In this document: piece after piece, positions 25,983 through 40,819 of the stretch
How positions within the stretch are numbered: position 1 is the first letter of the stretch
How the letters are laid out: each line of letters opens with the position of its first letter
Assembly: GCA_951406725.2 (NCBI GenBank)
Contig: OX597828.1
Coordinates: 5,394,001 to 5,458,000 of the forward strand
Length of the DNA stretch: 64,000 bases
DNA from: Octopus vulgaris
Lineage: Eukaryota
Direction: 5' to 3'
Made by a program: the position numbers and the translations under genes
The notes under the pieces: generated by a model
The model's input: the letters and a program-made list of their open reading frames with translations, nothing else
Databases searched by the model: none
Told to the model about the DNA's origin: nothing

Positions 25983-26362
25983 TCTCTCTATATATAAACG
26001 GCAGTTTGTCTGTGCGTTTTCTGTGTGTCTATTTTCTCGTACCCTCACTCTGACCACGGCTTTCAACCGATTCTGATGAAACTTGACACACACATAGCCC
26101 AATGTCATAATTCAAAACTAACGCAGCGAAAATTTTGAAAAGTTCCCCCAGTTCTGAAAAAATCGATAAATTCGACATGGGGTCGAGAATCAGAAACCCA
26201 AACCACAGACCGTCTAGGGGACGCAACTCCACCTTTTTAACTCTCAAAAAATTTACCATCATTTTTTTTCCATGTTTTTGCTATTTTTTGGCTATAACTC
26301 TCTAAAAATGCTTTATAGTTATTTCCCTTACAAACCTGAGCAACGCCGGCCGATACTGCTAG
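25983..26362 (+). mobile_element. Non-autonomous Helitron
   Basis: 5' TC after A (A|TCTCTCTATATATAAA), 3' CTAG|T, imperfect GC hairpin CCTGAGCAACGCCGG just upstream of the end, no TSD. Confidence 0.85.
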
Positions 26363-26546
26363 TATATCATATATTAACGCTTGCATCCACTCTAGTGGAT
26401 TCTTCAGATTGGATGCAAGCGCTAATATATATGATTTATAAAAACAGGTGACATATTAATGAAAATCTGTAAATATAAAACCATCCAGATATGTGAGTTC
26501 CTTATTTCTTTTAATATATAATACCTGTACATCATCTCCAAACATG

Positions 26547-26587
<41 letters not shown>

Positions 26588-26619
26588 CACACATGGTTCA
26601 AAGTTGGATGAAGGACAGG

Positions 26620-26790
26620 TGAGAGGTGAGGGAGGCGAAAAGAAAGTGTGTTAGTTGGACGCTCTGCAAGAATCTTTGACGTTGTGAGTCTACTCTCTTC
26701 TACAGAGAGGAATGAGGAGAGAAAACAGATGGATAGAAGGAAAAAGAAACACGGGGAGAGAAATAACATGTGAATGGATTAATGGTTGCA
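26620..26790 (-). mobile_element. Diverged Penelope-like short repeat (39037 family)
   Basis: Minus strand CTGTAGAAGAGAGTAGACTCACAACGTCAAAG resembles CTGTAGAAGACCGTTGGCTCGAAACATAAAA. Confidence 0.45.
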
Positions 26791-26944
26791 CATGTTGAAT
26801 TGACAGAAAGGAATGAAATGTTCAGTGACAAAGGTTGAAAGGGAGACAATAGTAACCTAGCTAACAGTTGTAGGTCAATCAGGTGTGTGTATGTGAGTGT
26901 GTGGGCCTGTGTATATATGTTGGAGTGCGTGAGACTGTCCAAGG

Positions 26945-26984
<40 letters not shown>

Positions 26985-27115
26985 TATATATATACATATA
27001 TATATACATATACACACATATATTTATATATATATATAGTGAGAGAGAGAAGTATATAAATAGATAGATATATAGGGACATAGATAGATAAATAAATAGA
27101 TAGGAAAATAGATAA

Positions 27116-27155
<40 letters not shown>

Positions 27156-27210
27156 GTAGATAGATAGATAGATAGATTGATGGATGGATGGATGGATGGA
27201 TGGATGTATA
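26945..27210. repeat. (TA)n(GATA)n(GATG)n compound microsatellite
   Basis: Direct reading. Confidence 0.93.
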
Positions 27211-29159
27211 CAACATTCATATAAATGTATGTATATGCATAGATGCACACGAAGGTATAACCACTCAGAGAGAAAGGAAGAAAAAAAGAAGGAAAAGTAA
27301 AAGAAAAAATGCACAGAAAGTCACCGTTTTCCTAAAACGAATGATATAATGCTTGACAATTTAATCTTGTCAACACAGATCTGAACACGGTAATATTTTC
27401 CTTGTCTCACTTATTCGATATCTGTTGCTGAACAGAACTACTTTTATTAATTGTTTCATTGTTATTTACAACGATCAAGAGCATTTTCTTATATAAAGCA
27501 TTTGCCTTTTGGCTTGATTGTCCGCTTACTATGTTTATTGAGCCGTTTACTGGACAACCATTAGCAATGCATCATGTAATTCATTGCTGTGTCAAAATCA
27601 TCCATTTGCACATACCATCTTCAAGTCTACTGCAACCACATAAATGCTGCAAACCCAAACATTAGTTAAAGTAAAATAAATACAATACTGATTAAATGGT
27701 GCGTGAACTGAATTATGTTATCTCTTCTTGGAAACGTAACCTATGACTGCTTCGTCCCTCAGGTTAAGGAGGAGTTATTTTGGTGCATCTCAGATGTCTG
27801 GAAACATCTATTCACATAGGAAATTAATAACTGGAAATGTTTATTAACTACCAGTGCATAAGTAAATAATGCAACATAGTTACAATTTTGTATCAAAAGT
27901 TTTATATTTGCAGAAGTGAACAGCGAAGAAAATGATGAAATTATCATATGACACACATATACACACGCATTATATCAATCCCGTTGCATGGGTATTAACT
28001 TGCACAGATGTTTTCAATAAGCAGATTCTCTGCATTCACACAACTATATATAATATAATAGATTGAAATGGAACTGAGTAAATTTAAACAGACCAGATTA
28101 CATTAAAAAGTGTTATAAATGTAGACGTGTATTTGGAAAATAATTCAATAATGTCAGAGAATCTCAGTTCCATATATGAAGTTTAGTTCTCTTACCATAA
28201 TTGTTGTTGGCAAATCCTGATTATATGAAATGGTGCACCCATGATAGAGACTTCATATTTTTCTTCTATAATTGTAAATTGTATATGTCGCAATTATGCC
28301 TCGCTTTATCCCCGGAATTACATACTATCCTGCTCTTATGCAGATATGACTAGAGATTTAAACACTGTTTATATCGAATTCTACAAACTATACATTAAGA
28401 TTAATAGTTATGTTCTGGCACTTTTGGAAGCTTAATTGAGAGTTTATATGAATCCAAGTTGTACTTTACTTTCAGTTCAAATAAGAATGTTATCCGTTTA
28501 GCCATCGTAATAATGAAATATGTATTGTAGATACATATGTAATTCATGTGCACTTTAATATGAAACAGTTTATCAATGGCTTACATTCGCAGCATACATT
28601 TTAATATAATCAGTGGGTAAATGTGAAATGCAAATGGCATAGCCATTCATATTACATTTGAATTATACATATAAAGTAAAATCAATATCAAGATTTATAT
28701 GCTTGAGCTAATAGCTGTAGATGTAAGTGCCATTTGGCCAAAACGGCAGAGCACTAGAGCAGATGTTTTACAGCACTTAGCTCTTTTTTCGTGAGCACTG
28801 AGTCAAATTTTTGCCTAAACAACCATAGCGTTGCCGTGTCGTCAATTTAAATAATTCCAAGTATCCTACTTTTTTTTCCCGTAGAAAATAACTAAACAGA
28901 AATATAGTAGGGCTGCAGAAGTAATAATGCATTATCATTATGTATTTAATTGTTATTTTTCCTTAAGCTCGTATTATGGAAATCTAAATTGTCTTTTCTG
29001 TTTCTCCATTTAATATCATGAATGTAATATTGGTACGAGAAGCCAATATAGCATACATGCAATAGGATACAGAGTTATCTCATGCATTTATAATGTGTTT
29101 TATATATTTCCTCGAACGCTTTGTAGATTTAAATGAGGAATCATGCATGTCCACCTTGG

Positions 29160-29207
<48 letters not shown>

Positions 29208-29394
29208 AATATATATATGTATATATATATATATACTGATTAAAATCCACGTAAATGATATCTGTACGCATTTTCGGTGTTCTAAACTTTAGATTATTTT
29301 CTGTACATATAGCACTATAACGACACTGCGATGCCTAGATTTTAATATGCTGAATTTGTCTAAATATTATAACGTTTAAAACTATTACACGTGA

Positions 29395-29620
29395 ACCTGA
29401 GATGAAATCATGCATAACTGTGTCTATATATGGTTGACCTAAGAGCTAGAAATAGCAGCGAAACCACCGTTACTCACATTCTACCGTTTTCAATATGAAC
29501 AGCATGCATTGGATCATGTATTCATTGATGCACTGAAAAGATAACCTACCCACAGAAAAAAACAGCTATAATCATAAGTTACCTTCATCAAATTGTCTTT
29601 GGGCTTAACAAAATCAGCAG
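29395..29620 (+). mobile_element. Old SINE-like repeat, degraded (related to 2250-2475)
   Basis: GCTAGAAATAGCAGC..TCACATTCTACCG..CATTGGATCATGTA..GGGCTTAACAA. Confidence 0.4.
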
Positions 29621-31915
29621 CAGTTATCATTGATGCGGTTCCAATTTTTTAATGTTGTCCGGATTTGTTTACAAATTTAAGAATATTGTGAAATATAATA
29701 CATATAGAAATATAAATAATCTGTTGCATACAGGTGTTGGGTAGATCGATAAATATGTAGAAGATAGTTAAATCATTGCCTTACATGACAAAAGCAGTCA
29801 AGCAAGAGATAGCCAATTCCACCTGGTAACTGAGAGAACACAACTGTTAAGCTTCAACTTACTTTCCGAGCATCAGACGCAAATCTTTTCAGGAAGCAAT
29901 AAATTAAGTTTCAATTAATATGAATATCAAATTTATCTCCCTTGCTTTTCTCATTAACAGGAAATATTTTTCTTCTTGCGATTCTGTTCCAATTAATCGA
30001 TGATTTTCTGACTCTTACACATTACTTATGTTACCCTCTACTTAACTGTATATTCTTCATGAAACACATACAACAGCTGGTAATTTGTCCTAGTTATTTT
30101 CCACAAAGACATATCAATTTTCCAAGCAAAACGTATTATAGTGCCATCATAATTTATTTTTTGGTAGAACAACAGTTTCTTTTCGCGTTCTCGAATCATA
30201 ATAATCACCTAATATCATTATTGGAGTGAAATTTGTGAGACAAATCAATATAAAATTACAATTTCTTAATAAATCGCCAAGGTAAGTAATATCAGAATCA
30301 ATTATGTCAATAGAAAGATATAATATTTGTGACACTGAGAATATAAGTTTTGTAAATTTGTGAAGAATGTCAGAAAAATTCATTTTGGATTATCGTGTTG
30401 AAGAATAAATTATACAAATTATATTTTGATAATTAGTAATCATTATTTTCTGTTGTGTCGAAAAAGAGAAAATGCCTTCCATTCGACACTGTAAAAAAAT
30501 TAATAATAAAAGGGGTTTCAATAGACTAAAAACGTATATTCTCTCGCGATGTTGCAGGCTAAATGATACTTTGTTTCTAAAAAACATGCCCTTGCCATGC
30601 AGCTATAACTTAACAGGGGATTTATGTAGAAAGCACGCATCAATCCATTTATTTCGCTCTAGAATTCGATACCATATGTGTCTGTTTTGATATCATGTAA
30701 ATAAAAATTTAGATTTAAAGAAAATGTCGTTAGATGTAATAAATCAAATCATAGTATTTCGCTAAATTAAGCCTAAATAGCATTGTAGGAGAAGCAAACA
30801 CGTATCTCTATATTTTTGGTTATCAGTTAGCTTTAAGATATCCACCTCCATTTGGCTTACCACTTCCAAATTGACATTCAACCATCTGCTTACTGGAGTT
30901 GCTATACCTCACTATGTGTTATGTATTTATTCCACTCTAAAGTATCCTACGAACAATTACTAATGTTTCGATGGAAAAGGTAAAAATAATTAGGTAACCA
31001 TTGATAGGTAATGTGAATCTGACGTTCTTGCATAGAAATCGTCAAATAAGTACCTGAAATTCATGTTGCTTTGTCATTTCCGTTTCTTATGTTTATTAGT
31101 TTCATATGCAAACGGCTTTTCTCCATAACTATAGGGAGTTATTCTACTGGAGAACAATTATTTAATACATGTATCAGTTCGTTAAAAGTATAACGGTCTA
31201 TCAATAACAACGAAAAGAAACATGTCCTTAATCCTTCTTCAGCAACATTAAAATACTAAAAACATTTTACGATACAAGAAAATCAGTTGCATTATACGTA
31301 GATCTTATGCCCTATAAAAAGATTCCCTATTACCTTTAAATTACAAATATATTGTTTGAATTGCATAACCATTTCAGTATTTTCGTTTACAAACGAATAG
31401 AATAAATATTTCAATAATGTAGAATTATGGTTGAAAATATTAATATATTATAGCTCAATGTATTAAATCATGTTTTGAGAGAATCATTTATCAGTGAGGT
31501 ACTGTATGGTTTTCAAAGAAATGTGTTAAAACAACGGGTAAAATATTCTCCAATAAAGCGAGAAACACTGATGAGGTAAAAAAGAATTAAGCATTAAAAT
31601 AATCACATTTATTTCCAATATCAATGTTTGCCTCTGAATATGTCATCTGCATAAATATATTTCAAACCTGAATTTATATTTTAAACTTCTTTTCGTTTTT
31701 CTGCAAAATTTCTTCTACAAAGAACAACATACCCATATATATAGAGAGATAGAGAGACAGAGGGGGAGAAAGAGGGAGAGATGTATGTTCATATGTGTAT
31801 CGATATATACGTAGAAATATTTATACAGGCCTGTATGTATATATAGATATGTATGCATGTATGTGTGTATATGTATATATATAAATATATACATATATAT
31901 ATATGTACATATATA

Positions 31916-31986
<71 letters not shown>

Positions 31987-32052
31987 TCACAAGCATACAT
32001 AATTATTTTCACGCTTGTATATATACATACATACATACATATATACATATAT

Positions 32053-32824
<772 letters not shown>

Positions 32825-33169
32825 TCAACACTTTTAATACACATATATATTCGAATCCAATCCACACATTAATACTCGCCGATAACCTTTCAACATACGT
32901 TAAATAATTTAGCAGCATGTTTTTATATGTTGAACAGAATAAACATAAATTTATTTCGCTGTTACACATTTATACATATATGAAGTTTTGATATATGCAT
33001 TTATATGATCCATGTCTATATGTAAATGTGTGCATGTAGATAGGTTAGTTAGCGAGTGGACAGTGACTTGCATGAATAGAAATTGTTTCTTAAATTATGT
33101 GCCTAGAAACATGAATGCAAACCAAGGAATCTAAGCGTCTGTCTATCCGTTGGTGCTGATTTGTGTATA

Positions 33170-33170
33170 C

Positions 33171-33252
<82 letters not shown>

Positions 33253-33260
33253 GTCTGTCT
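33170..33260. repeat. (CTAT)n microsatellite
   Basis: Direct reading. Confidence 0.96.
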
Positions 33261-33343
33261 ATAACAAGCAGCGAAGCTTCCGTCTCCTATAAAATACCTT
33301 TATATATATACATATTTATCATTATATATATATATATATATAC

Positions 33344-33622
33344 ACATATTAAAGGGAAACCACTATGTGGACACCCTTATGCTAGAAATAGATCCGCTAT
33401 GGTCTTACCACTAAGAAATGTTCTCAAGAAATGTTTTCTTGAGAACATTCCTTAGTGGTAAGATCATAGCGGATCTATTTCTAGCATAAGGGTGTCCACA
33501 TATGGTTTCCCTGTAATATGTATATAATGCAATTTTACTGAACCTTCAGTTTTTTAATATGCTAGACCACTGGTGTGAAATCGATGTTAATTTCTCTAAT
33601 TCCTCACCCTCATTTTAAGTTT
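33344..33622 (+). mobile_element. Short hairpin-forming element in (TA)n, probably Penelope-like pLTR derivative
   Basis: About 88-bp inverted arms 33344-33433/33437-33521 plus a 100-bp tail; second insertion at 50562-50970. Confidence 0.65.
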
Positions 33623-33634
33623 ATATATATATAT

Positions 33635-35006
33635 AGCTGACTTCCTGGAAACCCACAAACTCCTAAATGCAAATCAGCATGGCTTTCGCTGTGGCAGGAA
33701 CTGTCTAACACAGCTCTTACACCACATTGAAGATGTACTCAAAGCCTTGGGAACAGGTTCGAACTCTGACGTCATATATCTTGACTTCAGTAAAGCGTTC
33801 GACAGGGTAGACCATAATATCCTACTCTCAAAATTGGCAAATGTTGGAATCCGTTCTACACCTGATTAAGTATTTCCTGGCGAATAGAACACAATATGTT
33901 GATGGAGTCCACTCAAGCCCAGCAAAAGCCACCAGCGGTGTTACCCAGAGAACTGTTTTGTGTCCGCTACTCTTCATAATTTACATAAACGACCTTTCCA
34001 GTGTCGTACGTTACTGCAAAGTGAAAATATTTGCTGATGACACTAAGCTCCAGCAAATCGTCAATGAAGAAGCAGACCGAACTCATCTCCAGTCTGATCT
34101 ATATGCTGTGTGTCAATGGGCAGACAGAAACAAAATCAACTGAATGAGGGAAAATTTGAGCTGATGCATTTTGGAAGAAATTCTTCACTAAAACAACCAT
34201 ACTCTCTTCCTTCAGGGGAACCGCTCACAGCCTCTAACAATATCAGAGACCTGGGTGTAATTGTTGATGACGATCTCAGTTGGAGTGCACACATCAACAA
34301 GAAGGTCGATATAGCGCGTAAGATGGGTTCCTGGATCTTAAGAACTTTCCGGTCCAGAGAACAAGGTGTCATCATACCACTTTTCTCCTCCTTTGTACGG
34401 CCACACCTTGAATACTGCTGCCCACTGTGGTCTCCCCATACAAGACAAAACATATCCAGGATTAAGTCACCCCAGAGGGCACTCACTAAAGGAATTGAAG
34501 GCATGGCTGCTCTCGATTATTAGGATCGCCTTAAAGCCTTGAAACTTTACTCCCTCCAGCGTCGCCGTGAGCGGTACATCATTTGTACGATGTGGAAGAT
34601 ATACCGCCAACTATGCCCAAACGACCTTAACATTAGCTTCAAGGTTCATCCAAGACTGGGACCACGGGCCATACGTCCCCTGCCCAATTCAAGATCACAA
34701 CATACATGTACACTGCAACATAATTTATTTTCCTCAACAGGCCCTGCCCTATTTAACATTGTCCCGAGGGAGATCAAAGAGGAAAAGGATTCCCATCAAC
34801 TTTAAACGGAGTCTGGATAGATTCCTTCAAAGAATACCAGATAAGCGACCCATAACTGGATACAACTCACCCAGCAAGAACTCACTACTTTAACAAAATT
34901 TGACTTAAACAAAACTTGACTTAAACAGGATTCGAATAATCCTATCAGGTGATGCTATTAAGTTAGACATGGTCTGGAGCAATCTTTGGTCGAAACATAT
35001 CTAAGT
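33635..35006 (+). mobile_element. 5'-truncated CR1-group LINE (RT, thumb and 3'UTR), pseudogenised
   Basis: NQHGFR, YLDFSKAFDRVDH, SGVTQRTVLCPLLFIIYINDL, FADDTKL, RDLGV, VRPHLEYCCPLWSP, LYSLQRRRER; frameshifts and stops; flanked by (TA)n. Confidence 0.95.
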
Positions 35007-35071
35007 TATATATATATATATATACATGCATGTATGTATGTGTGTATGTATGTATATATAACTACATATAC

Positions 35072-35140
<69 letters not shown>

Positions 35141-35141
<1 letters not shown>

Positions 35142-35800
35142 TGCGTCATTCCATAAATGAAATTGCTTCAATACTAAAATACGGTGGGGGACGGAATAAA
35201 CTACAAGTGCATGTTCTGAAGAGTGCAGTTCTATTTTAACAAGTATCTTTTTGAAAGATATTATGAAAGGGACAAAGAAGCATATTCGGCATATTTTTGC
35301 TTTCTGAGTTCAATAAAGGCAACAAACAACGGAAAGTTCGAGGAATATTAATGCAGTACATGGTAATCAACGGTGGTTTTAGAAATTCCAGACTGGAAAC
35401 TACAGCCTAGAAGACCAACCTCGTCCTGGAAGATCTGTAAAGCTCAAGGAGGACCTCCTGCATACCCTGGTGGAACAAAATCATATCGTAACCGTAGAAG
35501 ATTTAACAGAGAATCCTGGATATGGTCATTCAACCATTCATCGACACCTCCGTGCCATCGGAAAAGTCAGCAAATTAGGTCAATGGGTTCCTCACAAACT
35601 TTCGCGCGCAGAAAGTGAATGTGTACTCTTCTTGTTCTCTATAAAACTGTCAAACACCGCAGAGAGTGGGTACAGAACAGAAAGAAGAAACATCGCACCC
35701 AAGACTAAAGACGCTCTTCACCCACATAAGGGGTTGCTATCTGTTTAGTGTGATGTTAAAGGTTTAGTCCACTCCCAACTTTTAAACCCAAACCAAACGA
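35141..35800 (+). mobile_element. Mariner transposon remnant (5' TIR and N-terminal transposase)
   Basis: KFQTGNYSLEDQPRPGRS, STIHRHLRAIGKVSKLGQWVPHKLS (WVPHEL motif). Confidence 0.9.
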
Positions 35801-36544
35801 TACGATTTTTTTCACTTTATGCAAATCCCCAGGTAAATGGTTCTAAGAAAAAGGGAGAAGTAAAAAATAAGGAATATACAAACGCAGTTTAAATATAGAC
35901 GTAAAAGTATAATTTGTTACATAATCTTTATAAAAACCATGATATTGAATGGAATAGTTCCTCGTTTGAGCTCTTTTCATTATACATGTGTGTGTGTGTG
36001 TGTGTGTGTGAAGAGAGTGAGAATAAGCATGCCAACCACTTGTGGGTTTTTTTTCTACAGATTCCGACCTTATCTCCAACGGAGATTCTGAAAATCCAAA
36101 CAAAAGAAAAACTACTTTTGGATATTTTAATACAACCCTCCTTAATTTTAAAAAACGTTCCCGAAATTTTAAGACTAGTGTTCAGGGTTATATACGGATG
36201 CACAAACGCAGAAAACAGAGAAATTGAAATAAACATGGACGACTTGTTCTGAAACACCCACCAGTGGGGAGCAGTTCGTAAAAATAGCACCCAATTGTTT
36301 TTCCCCCAAATCCCATACGCTCGGAATCTACATAGTTCCAGGTATATTTGTAGGCAATTTCATTTAAGAATATCCATTTTCCTGAAAGTTAAGACAGACT
36401 GAATTGGAGTCCGATGAGTTTTCCCCAAATCCTACCCACTCCCTTCTAAAATGCTCCCTCCACCAAATATTGTATATTCTGAATCTACATAAAATACATA
36501 TTCGAAGTAAATTTCATTAAAAAATATCCATTTTTCTGAAACTC

Positions 36545-36960
36545 ATCATCATCTAAAGTCAGGAAGTCTGGAGGCAGAAAGCTTGTGGACAGATGGTACC
36601 AACTGTCAATGATCTCATAATGCATGTGCTCCCAAACATTGTTCAAAACTTTAGCAACAGTCAATTGCTCTCTCGTTTCTATCTTTTCTCTTTTCAAAAG
36701 CAAATGTGTCTCCATGTGTTCACTATTTTCCTCTCGTTCTAACCAATCTCCTTGCTTTTTGTGTATGTCATTCATTTCTTCTCATATTTGACCTTGCATA
36801 AATCCTAAATTTTAATTCAGAATTTATAGGAGCAGCTGTCTTTGAAGACTCATATTGTCGTTGAATGCTCGATATCAGTAGTAGATAGTCAGCCGACAAC
36901 TGATGAAAGGTCCTTTCTCTTTGTTAACTTGTCCTGTTTTCCCTTTTCTAGTTTTTTACA
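36545..36960 (-). mobile_element. Possible R4/Dong LINE fragment (pre-RT region)
   Basis: ORF 36485-36775 HKKQGDWLEREE..VLNNVW..IIDSWYHL weakly resembles region upstream of RT. Confidence 0.3.
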
Positions 36961-36999
36961 TATTTCATCTTATTTGCACTATTCGTGACGTCCTGTACC

Positions 37000-37064
<65 letters not shown>

Positions 37065-37874
37065 GTATATATGTATATCTACATGCATACATAATGTGTG
37101 TGTATTTCTTTTAGCTGTTTTAGTCATTTGACAGTGGCCATGCTGGGGCTCCCATAAAAGTAAGAACTTACTGAAGTATTACGACAAATTTAGGCATGTC
37201 GTCTATATCAATTACTTTGCCTTGTTTCCTAGTATGAATTAAAACTATGTGAATAAAAATCTGATATGTCTTTTAAAAATTCTCTTTATGAAAACCTTCT
37301 GCATCTTTCTAAATCCTTTTTTATGTTAACCCATGAGACAATAGCCATATTTGAAAATCGAATTGTCTAGAAGTTTTCTTCGAATAGTTACAGGTTCTCT
37401 TCATTTCTGTATCCTAGTACGCTTATTGAATATGAAGAATATGAGATTAAATAGTTGTTAATTTTAATGGCTTAGCTAAACAAGAAAATCCAAATAACTT
37501 ATCTGTAAGATTCGTTTGAAGATTTCTGTAACAAAATTTTTCTCTTCTTGCAAAGTATAAAGTCATTTTCGCAGAACATATTTTAGTAATTTCCTTGTGT
37601 TGATTGTAACTGTAATAATTATCTTTTATATGAGAATTGAAAACATATAGGTATAGAATATGATGAATACAGATAGACAATACTATATTTTACCTTTATT
37701 TCAAACTAATTCTGTTTGTCATACCAAAGTCAGTAATCACAGCGTGAAATATCAACCTATACATATTACAGTGGAATTCACTAAACATACCTATTCAATG
37801 TAGTACACTTCAATTTGAAATATCTCACATTATGATATTACAGTTGTGATATTCAAAATATGAACATTGATACC

Positions 37875-37920
<46 letters not shown>

Positions 37921-38014
37921 TAATAATAATGATAACGATGATGATGATGATGATAATGATGATGATAATGATGATGATGATGATGATAATAATAATAATG
38001 ATTATAATAATAAT

Positions 38015-38099
<85 letters not shown>

Positions 38100-38100
38100 G
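37875..38100. repeat. (AAT)n(GAT)n microsatellite
   Basis: Direct reading. Confidence 0.97.
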
Positions 38101-38820
38101 AAATAACAGCAACAATGATAATATAATTTAAAATACTTAATGTTCTCCCATTGAATGTGTATATAATTTTCAATTTGTGAAAGTTGTTTTGCAAACATTA
38201 ATGTGGAGCGGTAATTGATCATAATGCACATTAAGAATCATACGTCGAACAATACGGCATCATATGTCTTGAGTGGTTTTGAATTTCAATATGAAAAATT
38301 AACTCTATATGATTTGAAGGTCACCTTTTTGTTCACTTACAAACACTTGAATAGATGCACTTGCACCTACAAGTGCACCTCCCATTTTAATATAATATGT
38401 AATATATTAGAATAAGTTTTTCATCCACTGTTCTAACAGGGTAAGCACTAACGTAGAGAGAATAAAAATACAAAGAAAATTTTGGGATACAGAATACGTA
38501 GCTGCTGCTTCGTTCTCTCGATCTTATGGTAATGGGATATCTTGGATTGTGAAAATATCTAACCCTCTGGTATCAAAATCCAGATGGCGAACACTCAATT
38601 GTTAATTGGAAGTAAGTGAAATTCTCATGCTAGAATGGGGAAATTGCAATTTCATTTAAAGAAGCGTTTAATGACAAATTGAGAATGAAGGGAGCAGAAA
38701 CATATGTCGGAACACTGAGTATAGTTATATAAAAAGGGTGATTAAGGCATGGTTCCAGTTCTCTCAATATGACTTTTAACCTTCACTAATCGAAGTATAC
38801 ATCTTTTCATATATGTGACA

Positions 38821-38982
38821 GGCGCAGGATTGGTTGTGTGGTAAGTAGTTCGGTTATCAACCACATGGTTCTGGTTTCAGTCCCACCACGTACGACTTTG
38901 GCCAAGTGTCTTTTACTATAACCTCGGGATGACCAAAGACTTGTGAGTGGATTTGGTAGACGGAAACTGAAAGAAGTGCGTC

Positions 38983-39038
<56 letters not shown>

Positions 39039-39232
39039 AGAGTTTACGAAAAAAACAACAAAAGACGAAGATAGTAGGTGTACAAAACAAACAGATGTAT
39101 TAGTATAAAGCTCTGGAATAGAAAAAAGTATTTTATGTTTCGAGCCAACGGTCTTCTACAGAAAGGGACACAGAAACAACAAGCAGAGAAAAAAGTGTGT
39201 AGTGGCTAACGATCTATCATGGCGACTAGTGC

Positions 39233-39305
<73 letters not shown>

Positions 39306-39505
39306 TATGTGTATATATATGTGAGTATATATGTGCACATATGTTTGTGTTTGACAAACGATGTTGGCGTGTTTGCATACCCGATACCCAGCGGTTCGAC
39401 AAAAGGGATCCGAGAGAATAAGTGCTAGGCCTACAAAGTATAAGTCCTGGGGTCGGCTAAAGGTGGTGCTCCACCATGGCTGCAGTGAACTGACTGAAAC
39501 AAAAA
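38821..39505 (+). mobile_element. SINE family A, interrupted in its internal (TA)n by another element
   Basis: Head 38821-38983, tail 39340-39505, insert 39037-39235. Confidence 0.88.
39037..39235 (-). mobile_element. Penelope-like short terminal repeat with hammerhead-like motif
   Basis: Flanked by (TA)n on both sides; minus strand CTTTCTGTAGAAGACCGTTGGCTCGAAACATAAAA. Confidence 0.6.
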
Positions 39506-39630
39506 AAGTGTAACAAATGTAATAGCACTATTACTAAATCCAGAAACATATTACTAAATCCTTTATATAACGTACTTATCTGGATTGAAGCTCATAGTTT
39601 TTCCGTAAATGTTATAAAGAAGAATAGCAT

Positions 39631-40021
39631 TCTTTTCTGCTCTAGGCACCGGGCCCGAAATTTTGGGGGAGGATTCCAATCGATTAGATCGACCCCTGTA
39701 CGCAACTGGTACTAAATTTGTCGACGCCGAAAGGATCAAAGGCAAAGTCAACATCGGCGCAATTTGAAGACAGACGAAATACCGCTAAGCATTTCGCCCG
39801 GCGAGCTAACGTTTCTTATTTCTTTACTGCCCCCAAGGGGCTACACATAGATGGGACAAACAAGGACAGACAAACGGATTAGGTCGATTTTATCAACCCC
39901 AGTGCGTAACTGGTACTTATTTAATCGACCCTGAAAGGAATTTGAACTCAGAACGCAGCGGCAGACGAAATACCACTAAGCATTTCGCGCGGTGTGCTAA
40001 CGATTCTGCCAACTCGCCGCC
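39631..40021 (-). mobile_element. Dimeric SINE family B (two Nin-domain-like monomers, different tails)
   Basis: Both halves have GCGAAATGCTTAG.GGTATTTCGTCTG and GTCGA...AGTACCAGTT. Confidence 0.88.
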
Positions 40022-40819
40022 TGAAACAGGCATAGTATTAAATTCAAAATTTATTCGCACACATCATTTATTTACTCAAGATGCTTATGATGTGTTTTTA
40101 TTGCCATATATGTGTATATTAATAAATCAGTATGTTAACGCATTTATAACTTCAGCAACAAATTTCAAAATTCACTTTCATCTAAAGAATATGTCCTGTA
40201 ATATATACAAATGTTAAGTTTTCAACTCCGCAAATACATCTTAATTGTAGTGGATATAACTGAGATGTCTCCTTTCTGTGGCTACAAAACAAGAGATTTG
40301 TACAGCTACTATTGTTTTGCAATGCACTTAAATGAATTCGTTAAAACCTCAGCATATGTAACAAGTTATTTCTTAGATAAAGAAATCATGCGATGAAACA
40401 AAGAGTGGTTGAGAAGAGGAAAAATATGTCGGTGAATATATTCGCTTGTCTAATGCATCCTGCTATTCTTTTGGCTGGATACAACTAGGATCACGCACAT
40501 AATTTCTAGAGTTGGATCTAAATGTCTCTACACACCATTAACGCCTGAAAGCAGGCAGTCATGTTATGGAACAAAATCAGTGAATACATTTTTGCGGACG
40601 AAGTTGTAATAGGCTGTGATTAATCAACAGCTGTGACACCAAAATAGTCACAGACAGTACGGTAACGACGTCATGCAAAACTAGTGGGCAGGAACCATAA
40701 TGCATCATCGAAGAGACACATTTTTCAAACAAATACACATATCAACATATACGTACATATACCTAAGCAGAAATCTGAATACACATGCATATCCATACAC
40801 AGGCATACGTATTAATGTA

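Noticed and set aside
29442-29457. AGAGCTAGAAATAGCA matches the SpCas9 sgRNA scaffold
   Set aside because: Only 16 nt, flanks do not match, and it lies within an old endogenous repeat; coincidence
30167-30287. Strong splice donor CAAG|GTAAGT and opposite-strand ORF 30147-30383
   Set aside because: The putative exon has stops in all frames, such a motif is expected by chance, and the ORF has no recognisable motif
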